Shown here one piece after another: positions 9,445 to 20,025 of a stretch of 64,000 nucleotides of DNA (positions are counted from its first letter, which is position 1; the number at the start of each line of letters is the position of its first letter). The position numbers and the translations under genes are program-made. Below the pieces are notes generated by a model. The model saw only the letters and a program-made list of their open reading frames with translations. It was not told where the DNA came from and searched no databases. This DNA comes from Eubacteriales bacterium (GTDB taxonomy: Bacteria > Bacillota > Clostridia > Oscillospirales > CAG-272): the NCBI GenBank assembly GCA_045580775.1, contig JAZNOK010000100.1, positions 216-64,215 of the forward strand. The letters are read 5' to 3'.

Positions 9445-12153
9445 TCATTTCTTTATGTTCAGGATATCATCCGGGTCATCGTCAAGATCCATTTCGTCAA
9501 ACAGCTTGTCGAATAGAGCTGTTGAGTCAAGAGCGGGATGAGTGCTGCTGTCATCAGATTCCGCCTTTTTTTCGGGGGGTGGCTCTGCCGCTTGGCTCTT
9601 GTTTGACTCAAGGCCGAGCTCTGCGTAGATCTGTCCAAACAACTCCTCTGCACTTTCTATTTTAAACTCTTCGGTTTCACTCGGAGCGGATGGCTGACCG
9701 GGTGAAGGTTCGTTGTTAGTTTCGTGTTCGTTGTTCTGCTCGGTTTCGCTGTCATCCGCTGCGTCTGTGGTATCGGATTTATCCTCGGGGAGGATAGTTG
9801 GTGCTGTAAACATCTCTGTAGATTGCTCAACCGTTGCAGGTCGGATGCTTGATACGTTTACCGACAGCTGTGTGTCAGAGAGGGGTTGACGGTTGATGAG
9901 AGCACTGTCGCTACCGATCATTTGCTCTGATATATTATCATCGAGATATCCGCTGTCGGAATCAGTGTCAGCAAATATGTCTTCCTGCTTGTAAGCATCG
10001 TCTGACTCATATTCTTCGTCATCGGTGGGCCCGTATTCCTCTATCTCATCAGAAGGATCACCGTATGAGTCTGCTTGACGCAATTTGTTAAAGATCGTGG
10101 TCGTGACAGCAGATGCGGCGACACAGGCAAAATACGCACCTTCAAATGAAGTAAACCTGCCTATCAGAGCGGCAAATATTCCGAACAAAACTCCGTATGC
10201 TACCTTGCCGAGAATATTCTTTGGCTGGGATGAATACTCTGCACAGGAGAATATGCTGACAAATATGACTGCACTTCCGATGAGCATCAGTTTTACTGTG
10301 TCAGGAGCATTGTCTGCGGGTGCAACAAGAAATGCAACCAATGCAAAAGTAGACAGAGAAACCAAAGTAGGAACAATACTAATTGCCCTTCGGATAGCCA
10401 GATACAGACCGCATGCCGCCAGAATTATTACAGATACCTCTCCCATAGCCCCCTCGGTGTTACCGAGCAGATGATCAAAGAGGGTGTAGCTTTTCTGAGG
10501 ATCGTATACAAAGCTGTCATGCCATAGCAATGACGCCAGTATTCTTGCTGTAAATGCAGAGTGAATGATGTTTTTGCCGTTGCCTCCGAATACACCTTTT
10601 ATTACCATCACAGCAAAAAATGCTGTTATGGCGGGTACGTATAACGGTACATTGACCCAAAGAGTAAGAGCACACATCATTCCGCATACGACCGAGCTTA
10701 GATCCAGCACAGATCGAATGCCGTTTTTAGTGAGAAGGGAAAACAGGATGTCGGATACCACAGCGACACCGACGGATATTCCGCATATCGCCAGACTTCG
10801 AATGCCGAAGCGGCATACCGCCCATGCCAGCAGAGCAAAAAGAGCAAGTATGAAGTCTGAATTGATCGACCGAGTGCTCTCGGGATGACGTATGAACGGA
10901 GCCGATGTGAGCGTTGTCTTTTTGTGCCTTTGGTTAGGTTTTAATACCTCGGTCGATCCGTGTGCGAGCTCTGTGATCGGGAGCTTGGCAGGGCAGACAT
11001 AAGTGCATGCACCGCATCCGGAGCAGTAGTTCATACCGCTTATGCTGAGAGCTTCGTCAAAATCTCCCTCGAGTCTCTCGACAAACAAAGACGGAAGCAG
11101 TTTGTCCGGGCAAGCACGATCGCATTTTGTACAGCCGATGCATTCGCCCGGGCGTACAGTCAGCTCGCGTGAGTAGATGTATGAAAGTGAAAAGACAGAT
11201 GGATCTGTGACACTTTCGGCGGATGCCGAAAGCTCACCTGTCATGACACCGTTTTTGATTATTTCAAATTCTTCGGTGCTCTCAGGATCTGTCAGGTGTT
11301 CTGTAATGTACTTGAAGGGTGTGCCCAAAGGCAACTCATAACAACCCCCTCTGAGTGCAGCAGAGCCCCCTATGGAAACGATCCGTCGGATATAAGGTAT
11401 ACCTCCGGCAAAAGCTCTGTACACAGCACATAGTGAGTGTACATCAATAATGCATAGCTGTGTCGGATCAAGCTCGTCTGATGCGGGGAGCTGAGAGATC
11501 AGTCTTTCCCTCTCGCCGAGAGGGTATTTTCCCTCGGTCTCCACAATGTCAAACAGAGCAGAGTCACCGATGTAATCTATCAGGTCGTTTATTGCATCTG
11601 TGGCTGTTTTTTCTATTACAAACTCACACTCACTGAGCCCCAGTATCTTGAGAACTATCTTGGCTCCGCCCATGAGCTCCTTTGGATAGTTTCGAATGGC
11701 ACACTTTTTATCCGATGAATACGGATCTTGGTCGAGACAGTCTATTGCCAGGCGTTTCGCCTTGCCTTTGAGTTTTGCGAGCAATGACCAATCAGGTATA
11801 CCGCACAGTCTGATGCGTTCGATCATCTCGTCAGACGTCATTTGAGAAAGACGCTTTGTGCACGGACCGATGTCGGATGAGAGAGTGTATTTATGGTCGT
11901 TTTGTATCTTTATGTGGTCTGTTCCTTCAATATTGACTATATCGCTCACCGTACCCGATACACTGCAATGCAGTGGAGTTTGAGCTGTGAGCGGAACACC
12001 GAGCAACTGCCCTATGAGCACACTATCACCTTTAGATACCGTGATCGTATAATCGTCACCGACAGGTATAAGCACCTCCGGAATTCTATTTAATCTATAT
12101 AGATCGGTGCTCTTTGTATAAGCAGGCTTTTTCAGTTTTATTCCGTAACCCAT
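9445..12153 (-). CDS. RnfC-like / RnfD-like fusion protein with a long acidic C-terminal tail
   Basis: The N-terminal ~410 aa resemble RnfC, with a barrel-sandwich start ..VSKGDSVLIGQLLG..HCSVSGTV and two ferredoxin motifs CIGCTKCDRACP and CSGCGACTYVCP. Next comes a polytopic membrane domain with an RnfD/NqrB-like motif GNTEGAMGEVSVIILAACGLYLA. The final ~210 aa are a D/E/S-rich tail. Confidence 0.6.
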   Translation of the reverse strand: MGYGIKLKKPAYTKSTDLYRLNRIPEVLIPVGDDYTITVSKGDSVLIGQLLGVPLTAQTPLHCSVSGTVSDIVNIEGTDHIKIQNDHKYTLSSDIGPCTKRLSQMTSDEMIERIRLCGIPDWSLLAKLKGKAKRLAIDCLDQDPYSSDKKCAIRNYPKELMGGAKIVLKILGLSECEFVIEKTATDAINDLIDYIGDSALFDIVETEGKYPLGERERLISQLPASDELDPTQLCIIDVHSLCAVYRAFAGGIPYIRRIVSIGGSAALRGGCYELPLGTPFKYITEHLTDPESTEEFEIIKNGVMTGELSASAESVTDPSVFSLSYIYSRELTVRPGECIGCTKCDRACPDKLLPSLFVERLEGDFDEALSISGMNYCSGCGACTYVCPAKLPITELAHGSTEVLKPNQRHKKTTLTSAPFIRHPESTRSINSDFILALFALLAWAVCRFGIRSLAICGISVGVAVVSDILFSLLTKNGIRSVLDLSSVVCGMMCALTLWVNVPLYVPAITAFFAVMVIKGVFGGNGKNIIHSAFTARILASLLWHDSFVYDPQKSYTLFDHLLGNTEGAMGEVSVIILAACGLYLAIRRAISIVPTLVSLSTFALVAFLVAPADNAPDTVKLMLIGSAVIFVSIFSCAEYSSQPKNILGKVAYGVLFGIFAALIGRFTSFEGAYFACVAASAVTTTIFNKLRQADSYGDPSDEIEEYGPTDDEEYESDDAYKQEDIFADTDSDSGYLDDNISEQMIGSDSALINRQPLSDTQLSVNVSSIRPATVEQSTEMFTAPTILPEDKSDTTDAADDSETEQNNEHETNNEPSPGQPSAPSETEEFKIESAEELFGQIYAELGLESNKSQAAEPPPEKKAESDDSSTHPALDSTALFDKLFDEMDLDDDPDDILNIKK

Positions 12154-12250
12154 ACTGACAAACCTTCACCTCGAGTTCTTTTTTGATTTTGAGTATACAC
12201 ATTCATTATACAACATTCGTATGACTTTGTAAATATTTATTTTTAATTAA

Positions 12251-12296
12251 AGAAAAAAACAAACCGTGGCACACTTATATTAAAAAGTGTGCCACG
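12251..12296 (-). terminator. Intrinsic terminator after 12317..12577
   Basis: Stem cgtggcacac / gtgtgccacg, followed on the minus strand by tttgttttttt. Confidence 0.75.
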
Positions 12297-12316
12297 ATGC
12301 TTTTGTGTTATAGTGA

Positions 12317-12577
12317 TTACCGATTGCTATCCGGAACCTCATGATAGAGATTAAGTCTGAAAAACAGCGACTCATCATCGAGGTTGGTGCAGCGGATATA
12401 CCCCTGTGTGATCTTTGCACCCTCCAGAATTTTTGCGAGACCTACAATACGGCAAAAGGTTGACTTGAGATTGAGCGAGTCTCCCTCGTCGGTCTCGAGG
12501 TACACTTCGCCTGTACATGCCTCAACCGTCTTTATCAGGTCATCAATGTTGAGATCGTGAATGTAGAGCTTTTTCAT
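12317..12577 (-). CDS. Hypothetical small protein (weak HPr-fold-like resemblance, no active-site His motif)
   Basis: The start was moved to MKKLYIH. The segment ..VYLETDEGDSLNLKSTFCRIVGL.. weakly recalls HPr ..[22 protein letters not shown].., but the His15 region is absent. Confidence 0.35.
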   Translation of the reverse strand: MKKLYIHDLNIDDLIKTVEACTGEVYLETDEGDSLNLKSTFCRIVGLAKILEGAKITQGYIRCTNLDDESLFFRLNLYHEVPDSNR

Positions 12578-12735
12578 TTTGATCATCCTTTCATCCTTAA
12601 GTATTGTCAGAGAGAGCTGCTTCTTGCTCCTTCTGTGCTGATTATACATCAATGAAAGAGAAAAATCAATCGTGCCTTTTGATGAATATCACAAAATGAT
12701 GCTTTTATATTTGTAGAATGTGCACAACGAAGGTT

Positions 12736-13539
12736 TTACTGAGACTTGCTGCTTTTTTTCAGCGACAGGTACTCCGAGGGGGAGGTGTGATACTCGGCAC
12801 GGAATATTCGGTTGAAGGTACGTACAGATGGAAAACCGCTTGAAAGTGCGGCTCTGGTGGTGCCTTCACCTTTTTTGAGCAGACGCAGAGCTTCAGCGAG
12901 TCTCAGCGAATTTACAAAGGTACAAAACCCCGTCTGTAGCTTGTCTGAGAAAAGATGGGAGATGTGGTATTTGCTTATATGAAGTGCGTCGGAGACAGTA
13001 TCGAGCGACAGATCTTCTCGGAAGTTTTCTGTACAGTAGGATATTATGCGATGCTCGGTGGAGTAGTTTCTGCTGTCCTGCTTTAATTGCAGGTGATACA
13101 AAAGCTCTCCTACGAGAGCAGTGAAATACCCCTCGAGTGTACCGTACTTGAATTGTGTAAGGGCTTTGGCATTTGTGTCATTGAGCCTTTTTATCAGAGT
13201 GAAGAGCAGATCGTTATCTAAGCTGCCTGCTTTAATGACGGGACAGATGGGGATGTTCTTTCTCAGTATATCCGAAAAGGCGGAACACATTGACTCAGGG
13301 AAAATGAGAATATACGAGTCGAGATCTCCGTTATCCTTGTACGAATGTATCTGTGTCGGGAAATTGATCAGCACATCTCCCGAATACAGGGTGTATTCCT
13401 TGAAGTCGACGTATGCCTTTGTACTCCCATCAAGCACATATAATATCTCGATACTGCTGTGAAAATGCGGTACGAACTCCATGCTTCTTCTGTGCCATAC
13501 CTTGATCAGGCTTTTGTGATCTTCATACTGTATGCCCAT
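12736..13539 (-). CDS. AraC family transcriptional regulator
   Basis: Cupin-like N-terminus (VPHFHSSIEILYVLDG) and a C-terminal AraC HTH (..ISKYHISHLFSDK.., ..FPSVRTFNRIFRAEYHTSPSEY). Confidence 0.85.
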   Translation of the reverse strand: MGIQYEDHKSLIKVWHRRSMEFVPHFHSSIEILYVLDGSTKAYVDFKEYTLYSGDVLINFPTQIHSYKDNGDLDSYILIFPESMCSAFSDILRKNIPICPVIKAGSLDNDLLFTLIKRLNDTNAKALTQFKYGTLEGYFTALVGELLYHLQLKQDSRNYSTEHRIISYCTENFREDLSLDTVSDALHISKYHISHLFSDKLQTGFCTFVNSLRLAEALRLLKKGEGTTRAALSSGFPSVRTFNRIFRAEYHTSPSEYLSLKKSSKSQ

Positions 13540-13845
13540 TTTTACCTCTCATTACCGCAATATTTGACGTATGATCTTTGTGTAATTGTCTTGCACTGAA
13601 ACATAAAACGAGTTATAATACTCATAGAGACTCGCATGCCGGTCAATTATGCTCAGTATTCTCAATTGTGTAAAAAAATAAGGTTCTTTCATTTGAAATT
13701 CTAGCATTTTTAACCAACCTTGTCAATGTTTCATGACAAAAAACATCCGCTTCTTATCCGAGCTTCGGCAAAAAGTTGCAGCTTTGGCGTGTGGCGAGAT
13801 TTTTGGCGGGTCATATATGAAAACCACAATAAATGTGAGGTGCTC

Positions 13846-15732
13846 ATGATGCAAAAAACAAAAAAGAGCTTGTTTTTTATACTTCTTTTGTCTTTGACTG
13901 TAATGTGCACGGTGCTTTTCTCATGCAGCGAAAAAGAGAATACCGCAGGTACGAATGAAAATACGGATGCCCCGCAGTCTGAAGCTGTCAGCGACACTCC
14001 CGATTCTACCGACACAAGAAATATAACCGTGCAGGACATCTACAGCATCACTGACGGTGCCGAGCACGAAAAAGGAGTGTATCCTACAGGCGGTGGAGCT
14101 TCGGCAATAGAGCTTGACTACAGAAGTGTTGAGAAATTGGTGTCGAAGGATACAGGCTCATCGAAGACATATTATCCAAGAGTGAAGCTGCTCTCTGACG
14201 GCAGGTACATGCTTCTATACCAGGACGGCAGGTGGGGCCCGAATATATATTACAAAATGAGCGATGACTATATTACATGGTCAGAGCCGAAGCTTCTCTT
14301 TGAGAGGCAGAGCATCGACGGTGATATGAAAAAGTTTGCTTGTGCGGATGCTGTTGTTATGCCTGACGGTGAGATTATTGTCGTGTGTACATATCTGAGT
14401 GAGAATTACTATACCACGAAAAATACCTACAACGGTATGGTGCTGAAACGCTCAAAGGATAACGGCAAAACATGGTCTGAGATGGAGCGAATATACAAAG
14501 CTACCAACTGGGAGCCTGATATATTGCTTCGTTCGGACGGGGAACTTCAGATCTATTTTTCGCATACAGGTCCGTATATAGAGCTGTATGGATATCACGA
14601 TATTCGTTCCTCCGGATCTGCAATATTGCGTTCTTCCGACGGCGGACACACATGGACTCCCGATGTATCAAAAGCTCCGTATGAAGCGTGGAGAGTATTG
14701 CAGATACCTGTCGGCAACTACAAGGGGCAGCCTTTCTTTACAGGGCAGATGCCGGTGGCTGTTGAGCTTCACAACGGAGATATGATGGTTGCGGTGGAAA
14801 CACAATACCTTGACCGTGCATGTTATATTTCCGTCGGATATTCAAAGGATAACTGGAAAACGCCGCTTTCTCTTACACAGGCAGGTCCTGCAGAGCTGAA
14901 GGAAAAAATGTTCGGCGGTGTTGCACCGTATTTGGTTCAGTTCGATTCCGGAGAAGTTGTGCTCAGCTATGTTACAGTGCAGGATGGAGCGATGAAGCTT
15001 CGTATTGCAGGTCCTGACGGAAGGACCTTCTCTGAGGAAAATTCGGTGTTTGACGGAATATCGACCGGACTTTGGAGCTCGGTAGAGGTGCTTAGTGACC
15101 ATGTTCTGGGAATTGTATGCGACTACCAGCCGACCTTGTCCTCCGGTGAGACTATGAGTTTTCTCAGTGTTGCACGCGGATGTTTGAGTCATTCTTTTTC
15201 AGCTGACAAAAATGACAGTATTACCGTTGACGGAGACAATGCTGAGTGGCGGTGCGGAGTAGATGCGTTGTTTGTCGGAAGTGCATCCCAGGCACAGAGC
15301 AGTATCAGAGTTGCCGAAGATGCAGAAAATGTGTATTTTCTGATAGACAGACTCGACTCTTATTTGAACAAAAAGGACAATATACAGCTGTATGTGGCAA
15401 ACGGAGAAGCGAGTTATCTAAAACTGCAGCTGGATATAAAAGGCAACGTAAGTATCGACAAATTTGCCGACGGCAAGTTTACAAAAATGCCCGAGGACAC
15501 TGTAGCGTGTGCGGTGTTTGTGGGCGGTACGGCAGACGATGACAAGGACAAAGATGACGGCTGTGTGATTGAACTTGCCATCCCGAAAAACGTAATTGAT
15601 AGCGGCACAGGGTATGTATATCTGAATGCTGTTATGAACAACACAGACAAGTCTGAGAGTGTAAAGGATGAACTTACTCCGGTGAAGATGTCCGACAGGA
15701 ACACATGGATAAAGGTCGGAGTGAGTAAGTAA
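13846..15732 (+). CDS. Secreted lipoprotein, BNR/Asp-box beta-propeller glycosidase (sialidase-like) with a C-terminal carbohydrate-binding-like domain
   Basis: Lipobox LFSC|SEKE. Asp-box motifs SKDNGKTWS and SSDGGHTWT. The C-terminal segment DGDNAEW..VAEDAENVYFLI resembles CBM9/DOMON-type modules. The start is at 13846, after gtgaggtg. Confidence 0.65.
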   Translation: MMQKTKKSLFFILLLSLTVMCTVLFSCSEKENTAGTNENTDAPQSEAVSDTPDSTDTRNITVQDIYSITDGAEHEKGVYPTGGGASAIELDYRSVEKLVSKDTGSSKTYYPRVKLLSDGRYMLLYQDGRWGPNIYYKMSDDYITWSEPKLLFERQSIDGDMKKFACADAVVMPDGEIIVVCTYLSENYYTTKNTYNGMVLKRSKDNGKTWSEMERIYKATNWEPDILLRSDGELQIYFSHTGPYIELYGYHDIRSSGSAILRSSDGGHTWTPDVSKAPYEAWRVLQIPVGNYKGQPFFTGQMPVAVELHNGDMMVAVETQYLDRACYISVGYSKDNWKTPLSLTQAGPAELKEKMFGGVAPYLVQFDSGEVVLSYVTVQDGAMKLRIAGPDGRTFSEENSVFDGISTGLWSSVEVLSDHVLGIVCDYQPTLSSGETMSFLSVARGCLSHSFSADKNDSITVDGDNAEWRCGVDALFVGSASQAQSSIRVAEDAENVYFLIDRLDSYLNKKDNIQLYVANGEASYLKLQLDIKGNVSIDKFADGKFTKMPEDTVACAVFVGGTADDDKDKDDGCVIELAIPKNVIDSGTGYVYLNAVMNNTDKSESVKDELTPVKMSDRNTWIKVGVSK

Positions 15733-15767
15733 ACAATATAAATATTACATAACTAAGGAGCGTAAAG

Positions 15768-17270
15768 ATGAAAAAAGTTCTATCGTTGATGATCGTCGTA
15801 TTGATGCTTGTGCCGGTTGCTCTTTGCGGATGTACAAAGGAGCAACAACAAACAGAGAACACAGATCCTGTGAGCGACATTCAGACATCAGAGCAGGAGG
15901 CTGTTCTTGAGGTGCCGGATCAGACCTATGATGGAGCAGATTTTCTGGTTTATATGGGAGGTCAGGGAGTAGGAATCGGAGATAAGTTCAATGATTTCGG
16001 AGAAGAGAATGCCGATTATACCTCTGTATCTACAGCAATTTTCAAACGTAACAAGACAGTTGAGCAGAAATACGATATCAAAATCGACTCGAAGGAGGAC
16101 TTTGCAAACGAGAACGGCTCCGGACAAAGCTTCACTACAGTAAGCGAGGACTGGTTTGCAGGGGAGTGCTCGTTTTCGATGTATGAGGTCGGAACGATGG
16201 CAGCTGCCAACCTTGCCAGAAACGGCTACATATTGGATCTGAACCGCACACCGTATATAGATCTGGAAAAACCTTGGTGGGATCAGGGAGCAAACCGTGA
16301 CCTTGAGGTGCAGGGAAGGATGTATTATACCACAGGAGACATCAGCGTTGTCGATAATCTTGCAACCCATAATATATATTTTAACAAGGAGCTTGCACGG
16401 GAGCTTGGCATAAATGATCTTTATTCTCTTGTTACCGAGGGCAAGTGGACTCTTGATAAGTATACAGAGTACGTCAAGCAAGTGTCAAAGGAGCTTAACG
16501 GAGACGACAAGATGGATGAGAACGACCGTTACGGTGCTATTATCTGGAATGACTCTATTCAGGCTACTATGATCGGCTGTGACAGCAGAATAAGCACGAT
16601 AAATGAAAACGGCGAGGTGGAGCTTACTCTGTATAATGACAAAAGCAAGGATATCGTAACCAGATATACCGAAGTATGCTTTGACAGAAATGTCAGCTAC
16701 AATTACGTAATCAGACTGAACTCATGGCAGGAGTGGGATCCTGTGCGTGTAGGTATGTTCTCCAACGACCAGGCACTGTTCTTTAAGACAATTTTGAACA
16801 CATTCGGAAGACTGCGTGATGCAGATGTGGACTTCGGTATTCTGCCGTATCCGAAGTACAATGAACAGCAGCAAAACTACTCGAGCTACGTTGGTGCATC
16901 ATATTCAGTAATGATATGTCTCGGAGCTCACATGGAGGATAGCGATGTTGAGCGAAACAGTGCTCTTATCGAGGCTATTGCTTATTATTCCAGAGAAATG
17001 GTAACGCCCGAGTATTACGACTATACGCTGAAGGGCAAACTTATCCGTGATGAGGAGAGTGCTCCCTGCCTTGATATAATCATTGGCAGCAGAACATTCG
17101 ATGTCGGAATATACTATCTGATAGGTCACTATACATGGGATCTTACCGAAATGATGAAGGGTGAGCGTGACGATTTCACCGTGAAATATCAGCAGAAGTT
17201 CGATACCGCAATGCAGGAGATAGAAAAGATCAATGCTGATTTCATAAAAGCCGGCTATGAGCCGCAGTAA
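15768..17270 (+). CDS. Extracellular solute-binding lipoprotein (ABC-type sugar binding), no adjacent permease genes
   Basis: Lipobox VALCG|CTKEQ. The ~500-aa size and composition are typical of family-1 SBPs of Firmicutes. No family search was run. Confidence 0.6.
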   Translation: MKKVLSLMIVVLMLVPVALCGCTKEQQQTENTDPVSDIQTSEQEAVLEVPDQTYDGADFLVYMGGQGVGIGDKFNDFGEENADYTSVSTAIFKRNKTVEQKYDIKIDSKEDFANENGSGQSFTTVSEDWFAGECSFSMYEVGTMAAANLARNGYILDLNRTPYIDLEKPWWDQGANRDLEVQGRMYYTTGDISVVDNLATHNIYFNKELARELGINDLYSLVTEGKWTLDKYTEYVKQVSKELNGDDKMDENDRYGAIIWNDSIQATMIGCDSRISTINENGEVELTLYNDKSKDIVTRYTEVCFDRNVSYNYVIRLNSWQEWDPVRVGMFSNDQALFFKTILNTFGRLRDADVDFGILPYPKYNEQQQNYSSYVGASYSVMICLGAHMEDSDVERNSALIEAIAYYSREMVTPEYYDYTLKGKLIRDEESAPCLDIIIGSRTFDVGIYYLIGHYTWDLTEMMKGERDDFTVKYQQKFDTAMQEIEKINADFIKAGYEPQ

Positions 17271-17401
17271 GCGAAAACTAAGTAAAGAATAAAAGAAAAG
17301 CGAGGCTTTCCGTAAAACGGAGAGCTTCGCTTTTTGCTTATAAGAAAATGCGTTTTTGCCCCTAAGTATCAGCATGAAAAATACGTCGGGACATTCAGGA
17401 G

Positions 17402-17428
17402 AATAAAGCGGGGAAGCTCCCCGCTTTT
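17402..17428 (-). terminator. Intrinsic terminator after ruvB
   Basis: Stem aaagcgggg / ccccgcttt, followed on the minus strand by tttattc. Confidence 0.7.
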
Positions 17429-17435
17429 GAGTATA

Positions 17436-18497
17436 TCATTCTTCTTGGTCGAGTAAGCTCATTTGCTCGCCTCTGACATTCGGTCTGTAGTGGATGCCGA
17501 GGTGGTCGTATGCGAGTTTAGTAACGCATCTGCCTCGGGGTGTTCTTGAAAGAAAACCTATCTGCATGAGATACGGCTCATATACATCCTCGAGGGTGAT
17601 CGCTTCCTCACCGACGGTAGCTGCCAGAGTTTCGAGTCCGACCGGTCCGCCTCCGTAGTAGCTGATGATAGCTTTTAGCATTCGTCTGTCTGTGTTGTCA
17701 AGTCCAAGTGCATCTATCTCAAGCATCTCGAGAGCGTATTTTGCTATTTTGTCTGTGATCGAACCGTCGCCCTTCACAAGAGCAAAGTCAGAAACTCTTT
17801 TGAGCAGGCGGTTGGCAATACGAGGAGTTCCGCGTGAACGTGACGCTATCTCGTATGCACCCTTGTCGGTGATGTCTACTCCGAGTATTCCCGCACTTCT
17901 TTTTACTATAGTAGAAAGCTCCTCTGGGGAGTACAGCTCAAGCTTGAGCAAAACTCCGAAACGGTCACGCAGAGGCGTGGTGAGCTGTCCCGCTCTTGTG
18001 GTAGCTCCGATAAGAGTAAAGTGCTTGAGAGGAAGTCTGATAGAGCGTGCCGACGGACCCTTGCCTATGATTATATCCAGTGCATAGTCCTCCATCGCGG
18101 GATAGAGTATCTCCTCTACCTGTCTTGACAGGCGGTGGATCTCATCAATGAACAGCACATCGCCTTCCTCAAGGTTGGTGAGCAGAGCCGCAAGGTCCCC
18201 CTGCTTTTCGATGGCAGGGCCTGAGGTCGTTCTTATATTGACTCCCAGTTCGTTTGCAATAATACATGAGAGTGTGGTTTTTCCAAGACCGGGAGGTCCA
18301 TAGAGAAGCACATGGTCAAGTGCAGAGCCGCGTATCTTTGCCGCATCTATGTATATTTTGAGGTTGTCTTTGGCTTTTTCCTGTCCGACATAGTCATCGA
18401 GAGTAGTAGGTCTGAGACTGTTCTCTGATGCTTCATCTTCCGGTACGTAGGTGGTTGAGAGTATTCGGTTTTCAAAGTCAAATTCTTCGTTTTCCAT
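17436..18497 (-). CDS. ruvB: Holliday junction branch migration helicase RuvB
   Basis: Walker [10 protein letters not shown], Walker [11 protein letters not shown], and full-length collinearity with RuvB (..LRP..L..YVGQE..). Confidence 0.97.
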   Translation of the reverse strand: MENEEFDFENRILSTTYVPEDEASENSLRPTTLDDYVGQEKAKDNLKIYIDAAKIRGSALDHVLLYGPPGLGKTTLSCIIANELGVNIRTTSGPAIEKQGDLAALLTNLEEGDVLFIDEIHRLSRQVEEILYPAMEDYALDIIIGKGPSARSIRLPLKHFTLIGATTRAGQLTTPLRDRFGVLLKLELYSPEELSTIVKRSAGILGVDITDKGAYEIASRSRGTPRIANRLLKRVSDFALVKGDGSITDKIAKYALEMLEIDALGLDNTDRRMLKAIISYYGGGPVGLETLAATVGEEAITLEDVYEPYLMQIGFLSRTPRGRCVTKLAYDHLGIHYRPNVRGEQMSLLDQEE

Positions 18498-18508
18498 TTA
18501 CCCGCCTC

Positions 18509-19132
18509 CTATTTTTTCATGAATTTTACAAGTGCGAGCTTGATAATATCCTCGAGCTCAAGAGAATTTGTGTCAATGCTTTTGAGTACTGCGGTAATGT
18601 CGCTTCTTTGATAACCGAGTACGAGCAGGGCATTTTCGGCATCTTTTATCTTGTTTTGTGCGGTGAGACTGCTATTGAAAACGGCAGATGTACTGCTTTC
18701 GCTTTCGGACAGGCCAAACTCCGTGCCGCCCAGCTTGTCCTTCAGTTCAAGGATGATGCGTGCGGCGGTTTTGGCTCCTACTCCTACAGCGGCAGATATT
18801 GCCTTTTGATTGCCTGTGACGATTGCCTTTATCAGTTCTGACACGGGTGCGGTTGACAGTATTGATATCGCCGCCTTAGGTCCGACTCCTGAGACGGTTA
18901 TCAGCATTTTAAAGAGTTTCAGTTCCTCATTCGAGTAAAAACCGAAAAGCTCAACTCCGTCCTCTCGGACAATGAGATGTGTCAGCAGCTTTACGCTCTT
19001 TTTATCATCCAGCCCGGTTAGTGCCGATGATGTGCTTTGACTCACGGTCATAGCATAACCGACCCCCGAGCAGTCTATAACAGCCAGAGACGGTTCTGTG
19101 TGTACCAGCTCTCCTCTTACGTAATAGAACAT
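18509..19132 (-). CDS. ruvA: Holliday junction DNA-binding protein RuvA
   Basis: MFYYVRGELV..GVGY start and HhH motifs (LITVSGVGPKAAISIL; VGVGAKTAARIILELKDK). Lies immediately upstream of ruvB. Confidence 0.95.
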   Translation of the reverse strand: MFYYVRGELVHTEPSLAVIDCSGVGYAMTVSQSTSSALTGLDDKKSVKLLTHLIVREDGVELFGFYSNEELKLFKMLITVSGVGPKAAISILSTAPVSELIKAIVTGNQKAISAAVGVGAKTAARIILELKDKLGGTEFGLSESESSTSAVFNSSLTAQNKIKDAENALLVLGYQRSDITAVLKSIDTNSLELEDIIKLALVKFMKK

Positions 19133-19144
19133 TGATGTTCTCCC

Positions 19145-20023
19145 TTAGTTTGTATATTTGCAAATATGCGTGGTATAACCATGCCCATGAAGCTCCGTGT
19201 ATGCCTCGCGTGCAGACTCTTCATTCGGATACAGTCCAAATACGGTAGAGCCGCTTCCGCTCATCATGGCTCCGACAGCTCCCAGCCGAAGCATGGTATT
19301 TTTTGCCTCTTTTGCCAGCGGACACTCCCGAAGTACAGCTTCCTCAAAGATATTATACATCCCTGAAGATATCATTTTTAGATCCTTGCATTCGAGTCCT
19401 TTGACAAGCGTGGAAAATCTCTGTTCATCAAAGCTTGTTTTGATGAAGTTGCCGTATATCTCATCAAGCTTTGAGTAGGCAAGCACAGTCGAGACACTCT
19501 CGCCTGTGTTGCATATCAGTACAGCACAGTCAGGTAATGTACTGCATGGGGTGAGTATATCACCGATACCTTCCGTGATCATAGCTGACTCTGTCATGCA
19601 GAAGGGAACATCCGCCCCCAGACGGACACTGTCGCGTATCAGCGTGCCGATATCCGTTTTTCCGAGCAGTCGGTGCATGGCAATGAGCACCGCCGCACCG
19701 TCAGTACTGCCACCGGCAAGACCGCCTGCGGCAGGAATGCGTTTTTCAATATGGATGGCAACCTTAAATGACTCATTTGTGTAGTTGTCAATGTACAGCT
19801 GAGCGGCTCTGTAGGCGATGTTTGTACTGTCTGTCGGAATGCCTTGTGCTGAGCATGTGAGTGTTATTTCTGTACGATGGGATTGTTCAATATCCACGCT
19901 GACGGTATCCGACAGAGGGATCTTGTGCATTATTCCTTTTATATCATGATAGCCGTTTGCTCTCTTTGCAGTTATGTCCAGATACAGATTGATCTTTGCG
20001 TATGCCTCTAGTTGGATATTCAT
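19145..20023 (-). CDS. ispE: 4-diphosphocytidyl-2-C-methyl-D-erythritol kinase
   Basis: AYAKINLYLDI start and the GHMP kinase motif IPAAGGLAGGSTDGAA. Confidence 0.92.
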   Translation of the reverse strand: MNIQLEAYAKINLYLDITAKRANGYHDIKGIMHKIPLSDTVSVDIEQSHRTEITLTCSAQGIPTDSTNIAYRAAQLYIDNYTNESFKVAIHIEKRIPAAGGLAGGSTDGAAVLIAMHRLLGKTDIGTLIRDSVRLGADVPFCMTESAMITEGIGDILTPCSTLPDCAVLICNTGESVSTVLAYSKLDEIYGNFIKTSFDEQRFSTLVKGLECKDLKMISSGMYNIFEEAVLRECPLAKEAKNTMLRLGAVGAMMSGSGSTVFGLYPNEESAREAYTELHGHGYTTHICKYTN

Positions 20024-20025
20024 GT

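Noticed and set aside
17665-18841. Plus-strand ORFs 17665..18087 and 18428..18841 inside ruvB/ruvA.
   Set aside because: They are antisense shadows of highly conserved genes.
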